From NCBI GenBank assembly GCA_013151355.1, contig JAADIL010000267.1, positions 1 through 56,368 of the forward strand: a DNA stretch of 56,368 bases, in the 5' to 3' direction. The position numbers and the translations under genes were made by a program. The notes under the pieces are model-generated. The model saw only the letters and a program-made list of their open reading frames with translations, searched no databases and had not been told where the DNA came from. The DNA comes from Gammaproteobacteria bacterium (lineage in GTDB: Bacteria; Pseudomonadota; Gammaproteobacteria; SZUA-152). Shown here one piece after another: positions 29,340 through 39,186 of the stretch. Every line of letters starts with the position of its first letter. The stretch's first letter is position 1.

Positions 29340-32300
29340 ATGCAATCCGTTATAAATTTTTTTAAAAATAAAATTGTTATTTCAATTATAGGCTTGCTGA
29401 TACTTTCGGCACTCATATGGTTTGTTGGCCCGGCTTTCAAGTTTGGTGAAAATAATTTTTCGCCACTGGAAGGTGAGACCGCGAGACTTATCGCCATCAT
29501 CGTTATTATTGTATTCTGGGGACTCAATAACCTGCGAGTTCAGCGACAGGAAAATAAAAATAATGATGAACTGGTCACAGCATTGCAGGATAACCCGGGA
29601 ACAGAACCCAACAATATTGTCTCTGATCAAACATCTGAAGAAATGCAACAGATAGGGGATCGTTTCGCACATGCCTTGACAACACTGACAAAATTAAAAT
29701 TTAAGGGTAAAGGAAAAACCAAAGCATTATATGAGTTACCGTGGTACATCATTATTGGTCCACCCGGTTCCGGAAAAACAACCGCCCTGATTAATTCAAG
29801 TTTAAATTTTCCCCTTGCAGAACAATTTGGCAAAGGTGCACTACACGGAGTAGGTGGCACCCGGAACTGTGACTGGTGGTTCACCAATGATGCTGTGCTT
29901 ATTGATACAGCAGGAAGATACACGACTCAGGACAGCCATAAGGTTATCGACAGCTCTGCCTGGGAAGGGTTTTTAACGCTGCTGAAAAAACACCGCCGCA
30001 GACGGCCCATCAATGGCGCAATAATCGCCATCAGTTTGCAAGACCTCCTGACACAAACAGAAGAAGAACGAATAATTCACGCCAATACTATTCGTTCACG
30101 TATTGATGAGTTGATGGACAAGCTGGAAATTCGGTTTCCGATTTATTTAATGTTTACCAAATGTGATCTGGTTTCCGGGTTTTCTGAATTTTTTGAGGAT
30201 ATGGGAAAGGATGATCGTGAACAGGTCTGGGGAATTTCCCTTCCGAATGCACCAAAATATTCACAGTCGCCTGATTTTGATTTCCTGGATAATGAATATA
30301 AAAACATCATAAAACGTTTGTATGAAAGAGTTTTGTCGCGGGTTCATCAGGAAAGGGATGTAAGGCGGCGAGGAGCAATTCAGGGGTTCCCCCAGCAAAT
30401 GGAAAACCTGAAAAATATTATTGACCAGTTTACTCAACAGACATTTATTAAAAACAGATTCCGTTATCAGCCTTATTTGCGCGGCATCTATTTTACCAGC
30501 GGCACACAGGATGGTACGCCTGTAGACCGGTTAATGTCTTCAGTCTCATCAAACTTTGGTTTTAATCGTGAAATTATGGCTCCACCAATGAGCCAGGGAA
30601 AAAGTTATTTTCTGGGACAACTTTTTCGTGATGTGATATTTCCTGAATCAGAACTGGTCGGCTCAAACCGGCGGTATGAACGATTTATAACCTGGTCAAA
30701 AAGATCGGCCTATGCGGGCATGGCCGGTTTTGCCGTTGTGATGTCCGTCGTATGGGCAGGTAGTTTTACCCGCAATGAAATGTATATGCAGGACGTGGAA
30801 TCATACATTGCTGAATTTAATACCGAGAAGAAAAAATATAATATTCGTTCAGGTAATGTTTACAAGACGTTGCCAACACTGAATGCCCTGGAAAAAGCCA
30901 GTGTCGTTTATGACCAGGAACAGCATCCCTGGTTATCTGCCCTTGGTATGTATGACAGCAACGTCGATGATGCAGCGAATGAGGCATACAACTCACAGCT
31001 TAAAACACTGTTTCTCCCAAAGTTAATAGAACAACTGGAAACCCGTTTGAAGCGTGGTCACCGGGGCGGTGATCTTTACAGCACATTTAGAACCTATGTC
31101 ATGTTTAACAAGCTGGAACATATGGACAAGCAGCTTGTGCAAAACTGGTTTTCAGAAAAATGGAAAAATGAACTGGAAGGGCAGGCGACCAAAAAACAGG
31201 AATTATCACGCCATCTGAATGCCTTGCTCAGTCTTGATCTGGAACCTGAGAAATTAACTCAATATATTGTCACCTCAACACGCAGTCTTCTGTTGCGTGT
31301 GCCAGCACCTCAACGAATTTACGGACGTATACGTACAAATCCGGTATATACCCAAAAAATTGATCTGTTAAATGAATTTGGTGAATCCGTTCGTGACAAT
31401 TATGTCACTGGTCCAGAGGTACAAATGAATCTGTCGGTACCCATCCTTTTCACTAAAGAAGGTTATGACGATATCGATTTTTCACCGGATTCAAGCGTTA
31501 TATCCGGCATCGTCAATGAAAGATGGCTGTTATCCGATAGTGACAACGAAAAGGTAGACTTTATAAAAGATGATCTTGGTGACGTTAGTGAAAAAGTCAA
31601 AAACCACTACTTGTCAGAGTACAGTACAGTTTGGCAAGAGGTATATGACGCTTTAAATGTAAAACCATTTGAAAATTTACAGCAGGCAAATGATGTGCTG
31701 ACAAGTTTTACAGATCCGGTTTATTCACCAATGCTTGCAATTCTTGAAGTTGGCTCTCGCAATACAGAGCTTTCCAGCCAGTTAGCGGCTGATTTGGCTG
31801 ATGATAACAAAGAAGGGGTGTCCGGGCAGCTTGCTGGCCTGGCAGCATCAAAAGTACCCTGGACCAAAGTTGATCGTGACTTCAGAAGCATCAATGACAT
31901 GCTGCGTGAGTCATCAAGAAAGCCCGCACCAATAAACCAGGTGTTATTAAAAGTATCGCAATTACAGGAATTTGTGAATGAAATAACCCTGGCGCCCGAC
32001 CCGGCCAAAAAAGCATTTGAAGTTGCCAAAGTCAGATATCAGAGTGGTGCGGGGAATGCTGTGTCAGCATTGCGATCTTTTGCCAAAAACACACCCAAAC
32101 CTGTCAAGCGCTGGCTGACAACGTTGGCAGATGAAACCTGGAAGGTGATTTTACGATCAGCGCACCAGCATGTTAATTCAGAGTGGAAGTCGACTATCTA
32201 CCGACCTTATCAACAAGGACTGGCAGGTCGATATCCATTAAGTAAATCGTCAAAAGATGAACTTGCCCTACTTGATTTTATCGATTTCTTCAAGCCTGGC

Positions 32301-32912
32301 GGCACAATTGATGTGTTTCGCCAGGAATATATCAAGCCCTTTATCAGTACTCGTGGAGGCTGGAAAAATCGCAGTATTGATAATTACAATCTTGGTTTGT
32401 CAAGAAAATCAATCAAACAAGTCAGGACGGCTCTGGCAATTCAGAATATTTATTTTAGAGACAATGCGGAAATACCAGGCCTGACGTTCCAGTTAAAACC
32501 TTACCGGATGAGCAAGAATGATGTTCGCTTTGAGCTTGAAGTTGGTGAAAGTGACATTTCATACAGTCATGGCCCCAAGTTCTGGAAAACCCTGAAATGG
32601 ATTGGCAGTGATGATAAAAACAGAGTCCGGATGATTTTTGAAGACTTGAACGAAAAACAATTCTCAAAAACATTTGACGGACCATGGGCCTGGTTTAAAT
32701 TACTGGATCAGTCAAAACTGTCCAAAACAAAAAAATCGAATGTTTATTTAATTACCTATGATATTTTGGATGAAAAACCGGACACATGGGAATCATCTCC
32801 GTTACCGACACCTGTAAAACACGAAATCACCTATCAGATCAAGGCAAAAAGTGTCAACAATCCGTTAAAAAATAATTTATTAAATTCGTTCAGGCTTCCA
32901 GAGAACATATAA
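29340..32912 (+). CDS. tssM: T6SS membrane-complex protein TssM (IcmF)
   Basis: It is 1190 aa with N-terminal TM segments, a Walker A motif (GPPGSGKTT) and an IcmF-type C-terminal region. Confidence 0.95.
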   Translation: MQSVINFFKNKIVISIIGLLILSALIWFVGPAFKFGENNFSPLEGETARLIAIIVIIVFWGLNNLRVQRQENKNNDELVTALQDNPGTEPNNIVSDQTSEEMQQIGDRFAHALTTLTKLKFKGKGKTKALYELPWYIIIGPPGSGKTTALINSSLNFPLAEQFGKGALHGVGGTRNCDWWFTNDAVLIDTAGRYTTQDSHKVIDSSAWEGFLTLLKKHRRRRPINGAIIAISLQDLLTQTEEERIIHANTIRSRIDELMDKLEIRFPIYLMFTKCDLVSGFSEFFEDMGKDDREQVWGISLPNAPKYSQSPDFDFLDNEYKNIIKRLYERVLSRVHQERDVRRRGAIQGFPQQMENLKNIIDQFTQQTFIKNRFRYQPYLRGIYFTSGTQDGTPVDRLMSSVSSNFGFNREIMAPPMSQGKSYFLGQLFRDVIFPESELVGSNRRYERFITWSKRSAYAGMAGFAVVMSVVWAGSFTRNEMYMQDVESYIAEFNTEKKKYNIRSGNVYKTLPTLNALEKASVVYDQEQHPWLSALGMYDSNVDDAANEAYNSQLKTLFLPKLIEQLETRLKRGHRGGDLYSTFRTYVMFNKLEHMDKQLVQNWFSEKWKNELEGQATKKQELSRHLNALLSLDLEPEKLTQYIVTSTRSLLLRVPAPQRIYGRIRTNPVYTQKIDLLNEFGESVRDNYVTGPEVQMNLSVPILFTKEGYDDIDFSPDSSVISGIVNERWLLSDSDNEKVDFIKDDLGDVSEKVKNHYLSEYSTVWQEVYDALNVKPFENLQQANDVLTSFTDPVYSPMLAILEVGSRNTELSSQLAADLADDNKEGVSGQLAGLAASKVPWTKVDRDFRSINDMLRESSRKPAPINQVLLKVSQLQEFVNEITLAPDPAKKAFEVAKVRYQSGAGNAVSALRSFAKNTPKPVKRWLTTLADETWKVILRSAHQHVNSEWKSTIYRPYQQGLAGRYPLSKSSKDELALLDFIDFFKPGGTIDVFRQEYIKPFISTRGGWKNRSIDNYNLGLSRKSIKQVRTALAIQNIYFRDNAEIPGLTFQLKPYRMSKNDVRFELEVGESDISYSHGPKFWKTLKWIGSDDKNRVRMIFEDLNEKQFSKTFDGPWAWFKLLDQSKLSKTKKSNVYLITYDILDEKPDTWESSPLPTPVKHEITYQIKAKSVNNPLKNNLLNSFRLPENI

Positions 32913-33653
32913 ATGGGCATGGAACAACAATGTGGTGTTTATGGGAAACTACCCATGCATGGAGATTTTGTTCACAGAAATTTACCGGCCACATTTGTCA
33001 AAACATGGGATGAGTGGTTGCAATTATATATTGCCAGCTCAAAAGAGCAGATGGGTGATGAATGGCTCGATACCTATCTGACAAGCCCAATCTGGCGTTT
33101 TGTGCTTTCATCAGGCGTTATTGATGAACAACACTGGGCCGGGATCATGCTTCCGAGCGTCGATCATGTGGGACGGTATTATCCTTTTTCAATTGTTATG
33201 CCTCTTGATCCGGAGTTGAACCCCCTTGAATTTGTTTCATTCCATACACACTGGTTTGAAAGTATTGAGGAGTTAGCTTTACAGGCGCTGGAAGAACAGT
33301 TTTCAGTGGATGAACTTGTTGATAAGGTCAACGGTATTAACGTTGATTTTACACTGAGCTATATTAAGACGACTAAAGCCACAGTTAAAGCGGGACAACC
33401 ATTAGATACCCACTCAATGCAAATGAATCTGGAATTTGATGAACAATCTCCGCTATCGGTTTATGCCTGTTTTCTGGATTCAATTATGCTGAAAACATTG
33501 AATTGTTATAGTATCTGGACGACTCGTGGGTCGGAAAAAATTAACCCGTGTTTAATGAGTATTAAAAATTTACCCGCAGCTAATCAATTACCGGCCATGA
33601 TGGATGGACAATGGGCGTACTGGGGCTGGCCACAACCTTATTCTGTAAAATAA
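32913..33653 (+). CDS. tagF: T6SS post-translational regulator TagF
   Basis: GVYGKLPMHGDFVHRNLP..WDEWLQ is the TagF (DUF2094) signature. The start abuts the tssM stop. Confidence 0.9.
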   Translation: MGMEQQCGVYGKLPMHGDFVHRNLPATFVKTWDEWLQLYIASSKEQMGDEWLDTYLTSPIWRFVLSSGVIDEQHWAGIMLPSVDHVGRYYPFSIVMPLDPELNPLEFVSFHTHWFESIEELALQALEEQFSVDELVDKVNGINVDFTLSYIKTTKATVKAGQPLDTHSMQMNLEFDEQSPLSVYACFLDSIMLKTLNCYSIWTTRGSEKINPCLMSIKNLPAANQLPAMMDGQWAYWGWPQPYSVK

Positions 33654-33654
33654 A

Positions 33655-34419
33655 ATGATGACTGATATAACAATAAGAAGACCTGTGCAATGGCTCAGTG
33701 CGTCAACAACCAATGTTGGCGTAGTGCGGAAAATCAATGAGGATGCCGTATTTTCAAAACCGGATATTAATTTATGGGCGGTTGCAGATGGTATGGGCGG
33801 GCATGAAGCAGGAAATGTTGCCAGTAACATGATTGTAAACATGCTCAATGACATTGAAACAGAAATTAACCTGGATACTTTTGTTTCGACGATTGAAGAT
33901 AAAATTCTGGATGTCAATAAACGACTTCTGGAATATTCTGAAATTATGCTTGAAGGGCGTATTATCGGCAGTACTGTTGCCATTCTTTTGATAAAAGGTC
34001 GTGTTGGTATTTGTCTTTGGGCGGGTGATTCACGATTATATCGTTATCGAAATAATGATATTGAACAAATGACAGTTGATCATAGTCATGTCGCGGAATT
34101 GCTCAAAAATGGAACAATTTCAATCGGGGAAGCAGAAAACCATCCCGATGCAAATGTCATCACCCGGGCTGTCGGGACATGTGAGGATTTGTATGTTGAC
34201 ATTGATGTTTTTGATGTCAGTGTGGGTGACACGTTTATGCTGTGTACCGACGGGTTGTATAATGCGGTCAATGAAGAAAGTATTATCAACTGTTTACAGG
34301 AAGACGATGTTGAAATAGCCGCAAACAATCTCATTGAAACATCCTTGCACAACGGCGCTTCTGACAATGTGTCAGTGGTTCTGGTTAAAGGTGTGCGCAG
34401 CAGTACTACCAGCCAATAA
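33655..34419 (+). CDS. pppA: PP2C-type Ser/Thr phosphatase PppA
   Basis: It has PP2C motifs (WAVADGMGGHEAGNVAS, LCTDGL, ASDNVSVVLV). It lies between tagF and ppkA. Confidence 0.9.
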   Translation: MMTDITIRRPVQWLSASTTNVGVVRKINEDAVFSKPDINLWAVADGMGGHEAGNVASNMIVNMLNDIETEINLDTFVSTIEDKILDVNKRLLEYSEIMLEGRIIGSTVAILLIKGRVGICLWAGDSRLYRYRNNDIEQMTVDHSHVAELLKNGTISIGEAENHPDANVITRAVGTCEDLYVDIDVFDVSVGDTFMLCTDGLYNAVNEESIINCLQEDDVEIAANNLIETSLHNGASDNVSVVLVKGVRSSTTSQ

Positions 34420-34447
34420 CATATCTAACTGATAGCCATCATTCATA

Positions 34448-37222
34448 ATGACCAAACCTGACGACCCCGGGAAGAAAGAGGGGGCAAGCTCACAAACAAT
34501 AAACGAACTTCCTGGTACCGGGGGGCGCACGCACGTCAATGACAAGACGATTGTTTCAGATAAAACCAGAATTTTTGATAAAGCCATCATGTCGGGCCAT
34601 CCGGGAGAGGGAACCGAACCCGGCTTGCATAATAATACATCAGTTGACGATAGTAACATTCCACCAGGCAAGAAAAACCTGCATGAAAATACCCCGTCAG
34701 CTTTGGAAAACATAAATCATGGAAAAAATGATGTCACACGGTTTAAGCCACCTGCTCAAAACCATGAAAAAAGTGATGTCACACGGTTCAAGTCACCTGG
34801 TCAAAACCCGCAACATAATAAAAAAGGTGATGAGCCACCAAAAACACTCATAAAACATACATCTACTATTTTAGATGATAACGTTGTCGTCAATAAACCC
34901 GAAGATAAGCAGACAAAGGTATTAAAAGACCGGTTTTTACTTGAGAAAGTGCTGGGTGTCGGTGGCATGGGGGTTGTATACAAAGCCAAAGATCGTCTGA
35001 AAGTCGAAGCTCAGGACAGAGACCCGTACGTAGCTATTAAAGTATTGAGCGAGGAGTTCAAAACTCATCCAGAGGCATTCATAGCCCTTCAGCGAGAGTC
35101 CAGAAAGGCACAACGTATTGCACATCCCAACACTGTAAAAGTCTATGACTTTGACAGAGATGGTGATGTTGTATTTATGACCATGGAATACATGGAAGGA
35201 AAACCTCTGGATCAACTGATTAAACAATATCACGCGACGGGTCTTCCGCAGGATGATGCATGGCATATTTTATCTGGAATGTGTTCAGCTCTGGCACATG
35301 CGCATTCCGAGAATATTGTCCATTCAGATTTTAAACCGGGTAATGTTTTTGTTACGACTAACGGAATGGCTAAAATATTTGACTTTGGGATTGCACGGGC
35401 GGTTGCAAATATTGATCGGCATACTGGAAAAGAGCAAGATCAGACCGTTTTTGATGCGGGTGGGTTGGGTGCATTGACCCCTGCATACGCAAGCCGTGAG
35501 ATGTTATTGGGGAAAACGCCGGATATCCGTGACGATATATATGCATTAGGTTGTGTTGCGTATGAGTTATTTTCAGGAGACCACCCATTTAACCGATTGC
35601 CAGCAGATGAAGCGTACAATAAAAAACTTAAACCAAAACGAATAAATAATATCAGCAAGCGTCAATGGAAGGCGATAGAGGCAGCATTAGCATTTAAACG
35701 TGAAAACCGCATTGAATCTGTCGATGCATTTTACAAGCAGTTGACGTTCAAGAAAAAGTCAAGATTTATGTTGGCGACGTTCTTGTTATTTATTACTGCC
35801 GGAGCTGCATATTATATGTATATACAAACAAATAATATTGTGCCGCAAGTGCCCCTGTTTTCGGAATCCGATATCAGGAATGAGCTGGAGTTTGATATAC
35901 GCTATAACCTCTACAAAGAAAATATTGAAAAACTGGTTGCTAAACCCAGCTTTACAAATGAGTGGGAAGAAAGTCTCTGGAGTGAGATTCAGGGCATATT
36001 GGGAATTCTTTCAGGTAAACCTAATGAATGGTATTCATCCATGCGAGACAAGGTTTCTCAATTATACGTAAACAAAATTGAGGCGCTTGTGAAAAAACGT
36101 GATTACTCTCACGTAAAAATTCTTATAGAAAATGCTTATCGTTATACTGATGATAACAGTTTTTTGGATAACGAAAAAATTACGCTTGCAGAAGCAATAA
36201 AGGAAGAAGGAATTCGGGACAAAAAACGTGCTGAAAGAGGCAGAAAATCGGCCATTGAAAAAGCAAAGAAAAAGGAAAAAGAATTAACAAAGGAAATAAA
36301 AAACACTGGTTTGTTTGACATAGCGCTTGCAAATGTCAACAAACAATTAAAGTGCTCATCAAAACTGAATATGCGTGATTTTAATATTGCTATCACTAAA
36401 TTACGTGATCTGGATCATAAAAAATATGCGAGTATGGAAAATACATTATCAACACGATTGGCGCAGTGTATTGTCTCTATCGGAAAGCGTTTTCCTGAAC
36501 ATGCACTGGATGCAAAACGTTATGCGCTGCATATCTTTAAAGATAACCCTGCGTTGCTGGCAATTGCTATAAAAGAAAAAGATGTTTGCAATCTTTCAAT
36601 TGCAGGCCTGGGTGCACGGGGTGACCGTGCTGTTTGTCGTGACAAACTTAAAAATGGTGGTGTCGGGCCTGTATTGGTTGTTGTACCTGCCAGTTCCAGA
36701 ATCAAGGCATTTGCTATCGGAAAATATGAAACATCGGTCGCTGAATTAAACGAGTTTTGTAAAGTTTCTTCAAAATGTAATTTACAAACTGATAAAGCGG
36801 GTGATTTGCCAGCAACCAATGTTGAAATATCGACAATATCGGCTTATTTAAAATGGTTAAGTAAAAACACGAAGAAAAAATACAGATTACCGACAAAAAA
36901 AGAATGGGTATATGCCTCCAAATCAAAACAGTATGTTCTTGACCCAAACCGTAATTGTCAATTAAGTGCGAGAGGTATTGAAAAAGGTGGCTCACTTGTT
37001 AAAACCGTTACAGGCAAACAAAATGGATGGGGGCTGGTTAACTACGCAGGAAATGCCCGGGAATTTGCATTTGAAACCGGTAGAAGGTTTGTGGTTCTTG
37101 GTGGTTCACATAAGTCCTCGATGGAGGATTGTACTGCATTGACAGTATCCACTCATTCAGGGAATGCTGATAAATATACAGGTTTTCGTGTCATCAGGGA
37201 TATCGGTGAGAAACAAAAATGA
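34448..37222 (+). CDS. ppkA: Transmembrane Hanks-type Ser/Thr kinase PpkA with a C-terminal FGE-sulfatase (SUMF1)-like domain
   Basis: Kinase motifs are present (GVGGMGVVYKAKD, HSDFKPGNV, DFGIAR). A TM segment (FMLATFLLFITAGAAYYMYI) follows. The C-terminus is FGE-like (YRLPTKKEWVYA..NGWGLVNYAGNAREF..YTGFRVIRD). Confidence 0.9.
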   Translation: MTKPDDPGKKEGASSQTINELPGTGGRTHVNDKTIVSDKTRIFDKAIMSGHPGEGTEPGLHNNTSVDDSNIPPGKKNLHENTPSALENINHGKNDVTRFKPPAQNHEKSDVTRFKSPGQNPQHNKKGDEPPKTLIKHTSTILDDNVVVNKPEDKQTKVLKDRFLLEKVLGVGGMGVVYKAKDRLKVEAQDRDPYVAIKVLSEEFKTHPEAFIALQRESRKAQRIAHPNTVKVYDFDRDGDVVFMTMEYMEGKPLDQLIKQYHATGLPQDDAWHILSGMCSALAHAHSENIVHSDFKPGNVFVTTNGMAKIFDFGIARAVANIDRHTGKEQDQTVFDAGGLGALTPAYASREMLLGKTPDIRDDIYALGCVAYELFSGDHPFNRLPADEAYNKKLKPKRINNISKRQWKAIEAALAFKRENRIESVDAFYKQLTFKKKSRFMLATFLLFITAGAAYYMYIQTNNIVPQVPLFSESDIRNELEFDIRYNLYKENIEKLVAKPSFTNEWEESLWSEIQGILGILSGKPNEWYSSMRDKVSQLYVNKIEALVKKRDYSHVKILIENAYRYTDDNSFLDNEKITLAEAIKEEGIRDKKRAERGRKSAIEKAKKKEKELTKEIKNTGLFDIALANVNKQLKCSSKLNMRDFNIAITKLRDLDHKKYASMENTLSTRLAQCIVSIGKRFPEHALDAKRYALHIFKDNPALLAIAIKEKDVCNLSIAGLGARGDRAVCRDKLKNGGVGPVLVVVPASSRIKAFAIGKYETSVAELNEFCKVSSKCNLQTDKAGDLPATNVEISTISAYLKWLSKNTKKKYRLPTKKEWVYASKSKQYVLDPNRNCQLSARGIEKGGSLVKTVTGKQNGWGLVNYAGNAREFAFETGRRFVVLGGSHKSSMEDCTALTVSTHSGNADKYTGFRVIRDIGEKQK

Positions 37223-37470
37223 ATATTTCAGAGTTTTCAACAGCGTTACGTGAGTTATCGGATGATTATTCCAGTCAAAGAATAGTCCTCGATGAATATC
37301 GATTAAAAAGAAAGCATTTTTTGGATGAAATTGATCAAACATTCAATCATCAAAATTATGCAGATATTTCCCGGGCTGTTGAAAAATCAGAAGAATCAGA
37401 TAATCCGGTGCTGGAGATAATCAACAAGGTTTTCGATTTTGATAAAAAAAATGATGATAGCAAAAAATAA
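37219..37470 (+). CDS. Hypothetical acidic 83-aa protein, translationally coupled to ppkA
   Basis: Its ATG overlaps the ppkA stop (ATGA). It has no recognisable domain. Confidence 0.5.
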   Translation: MNISEFSTALRELSDDYSSQRIVLDEYRLKRKHFLDEIDQTFNHQNYADISRAVEKSEESDNPVLEIINKVFDFDKKNDDSKK

Positions 37471-37523
37471 GTTATTGTTACCGGGGCGAATCAGTCATAA
37501 AGAAACACAGTTAAGAGGGTATT

Positions 37524-38144
37524 TTGATGGAAATTGTTAAATTATTCCAGGCGGGTGGGCCGTTTATGTATCCTATTTTGGGGGTATTTGCCATTGGTGT
37601 CGCAATAGCACTGGAACGATATTTTTATTTGAGTAAAACAGGCAAGATAACCAATAAAATCTGGCTTCAGTTGATTCCCATGCTCAAGGCGCTGGATTTT
37701 GAACGTGCCGTTAAATTAACCGAGTCTGTTAAAACACCCATCACAATGGTATTGAATTACGGTTTTTCCCGGCACAGTGAAAATAAACGCCGGGAAATAA
37801 TTGAAGCGGCAATGGAAGAGGGAATGATGGACGCTATGCCCGATCTGGTACAGCGCACACACTACCTTGCGACATTTGCCAATGTTGCTACTCTGCTGGG
37901 CTTGCTTGGAACCATTGTCGGCCTGATCCAGGCTTTTACCGCAGTGGCTCAGGCTGATCCCGCAGAAAAGGCAGATTTATTGTCAGCCAGTATATCTGTT
38001 GCCATGAATACAACGGCTTTTGGGTTAATGGCAGCGATTCCTTTACTGCTTGCGCATTCCTACCTGGTAACAAAAACGGCACGGCTTGTGGACAGCCTGG
38101 AAAAAGCTGCCGTCAAGTCAATTAACCTGATGGTCAGAGACTAA
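37524..38144 (+). CDS. MotA/TolQ/ExbB-family proton-channel protein
   Basis: It has three TM segments and the family motif ..ATLLGLLGTIVGLIQAF..ISVAMNTTAFGLMAAIP.. Confidence 0.9.
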   Translation: MMEIVKLFQAGGPFMYPILGVFAIGVAIALERYFYLSKTGKITNKIWLQLIPMLKALDFERAVKLTESVKTPITMVLNYGFSRHSENKRREIIEAAMEEGMMDAMPDLVQRTHYLATFANVATLLGLLGTIVGLIQAFTAVAQADPAEKADLLSASISVAMNTTAFGLMAAIPLLLAHSYLVTKTARLVDSLEKAAVKSINLMVRD

Positions 38145-38159
38145 AAAGTCATTCACACC

Positions 38160-38684
38160 ATGAAAAAATCATCTTTTAAACATCTTCATGAGGCAGAAGA
38201 GCTTAATATCACTGCGTTTATGAATTTAATGGTGATATTGGTCCCTTTTCTGCTTATCACTGCCGTATTTTCAAGAATGACAGTGTTGGAGCTAAACCTG
38301 CCCGCTTTGGATGCCAAAGCAAATACTCAGGAAAAGGTAGAACTTCAACTGGAACTGGTTTTACGTGAAAACAGTTTTGATATACGAGATACAAACCTTG
38401 GCGTTATTAAAGTATTTCCACGGACCCAGGGCGAAACACGCTGGGATTTGTTTACCGATTTATTGGTGGAAATCAAAACCCGTTTTCCTGATGAGCAAGA
38501 TATTACACTGCTTTTGGAGCCCTCGATCAGTTATAAAACATTAATACAAGTCATGGATCGTGTGCGCACCGCAGATGTGGTTTCAGTCCTGACGGTAGAA
38601 ACCATTGAGTTATTTCCCAATATTTCCATCGGAGATGCAGAAACAGACGTGCAGAAAAATAGTCCGAATGGAGACCGGAAGTGA
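38160..38684 (+). CDS. ExbD/TolR-family protein (paralog 1, Asn in place of the conserved TM Asp)
   Basis: LNITAFMNLMVILVPFLL aligns to E. coli ExbD INVTPFIDVMLVLL. The periplasmic domain is typical (..YKTLIQVMDRVR..). Confidence 0.85.
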   Translation: MKKSSFKHLHEAEELNITAFMNLMVILVPFLLITAVFSRMTVLELNLPALDAKANTQEKVELQLELVLRENSFDIRDTNLGVIKVFPRTQGETRWDLFTDLLVEIKTRFPDEQDITLLLEPSISYKTLIQVMDRVRTADVVSVLTVETIELFPNISIGDAETDVQKNSPNGDRK

Positions 38685-39181
38685 ATAGTTTAAAGCTTTC
38701 CAGCCGTTCAAAACGAATGGATCACTTCAAGGAATTGCATGGTCGCAGTGGTTTAAACCTTGTTTCATTAATGGATATTTTCACGATACTTGTCTTTTTT
38801 CTTCTGGTGAGTTCCGGTGCACAACAGTTGCCTAATAGCAAAGATATTACATTGCCGACATCCGTTGCGAACAATGTTCCAAAAGAGACGCTAATCATTG
38901 TAATCACCAAAACCGATGTATTGGTTCAGGGAAAAAAGGTTGCTGCAATTTCTGATTTATTAACCAGTCAGGAAATAATCATTGCTGCCCTGGAGACAGA
39001 ACTAAAATTTCAGGCTTCAAAAAGTCAATTCATAAAAACGGATAAAAAAACAGGCCGTGCGATTACCATAATGGGTGATGAAAATATTCCGTATCAACTG
39101 TTACGAAAAATTCTCGCGACCTGCCGTCAGGCTAACTACACCACGATAGCATTTGCCGCCTTTCAGAAGGCAAAGGGCTAG
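38681..39181 (+). CDS. ExbD/TolR-family protein (paralog 2, TM Asp conserved)
   Basis: LNLVSLMDIFTILVFFLL retains the Asp. It overlaps the paralog 1 stop by 4 nt. Confidence 0.85.
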   Translation: MNSLKLSSRSKRMDHFKELHGRSGLNLVSLMDIFTILVFFLLVSSGAQQLPNSKDITLPTSVANNVPKETLIIVITKTDVLVQGKKVAAISDLLTSQEIIIAALETELKFQASKSQFIKTDKKTGRAITIMGDENIPYQLLRKILATCRQANYTTIAFAAFQKAKG

Positions 39182-39186
39182 TTTTT

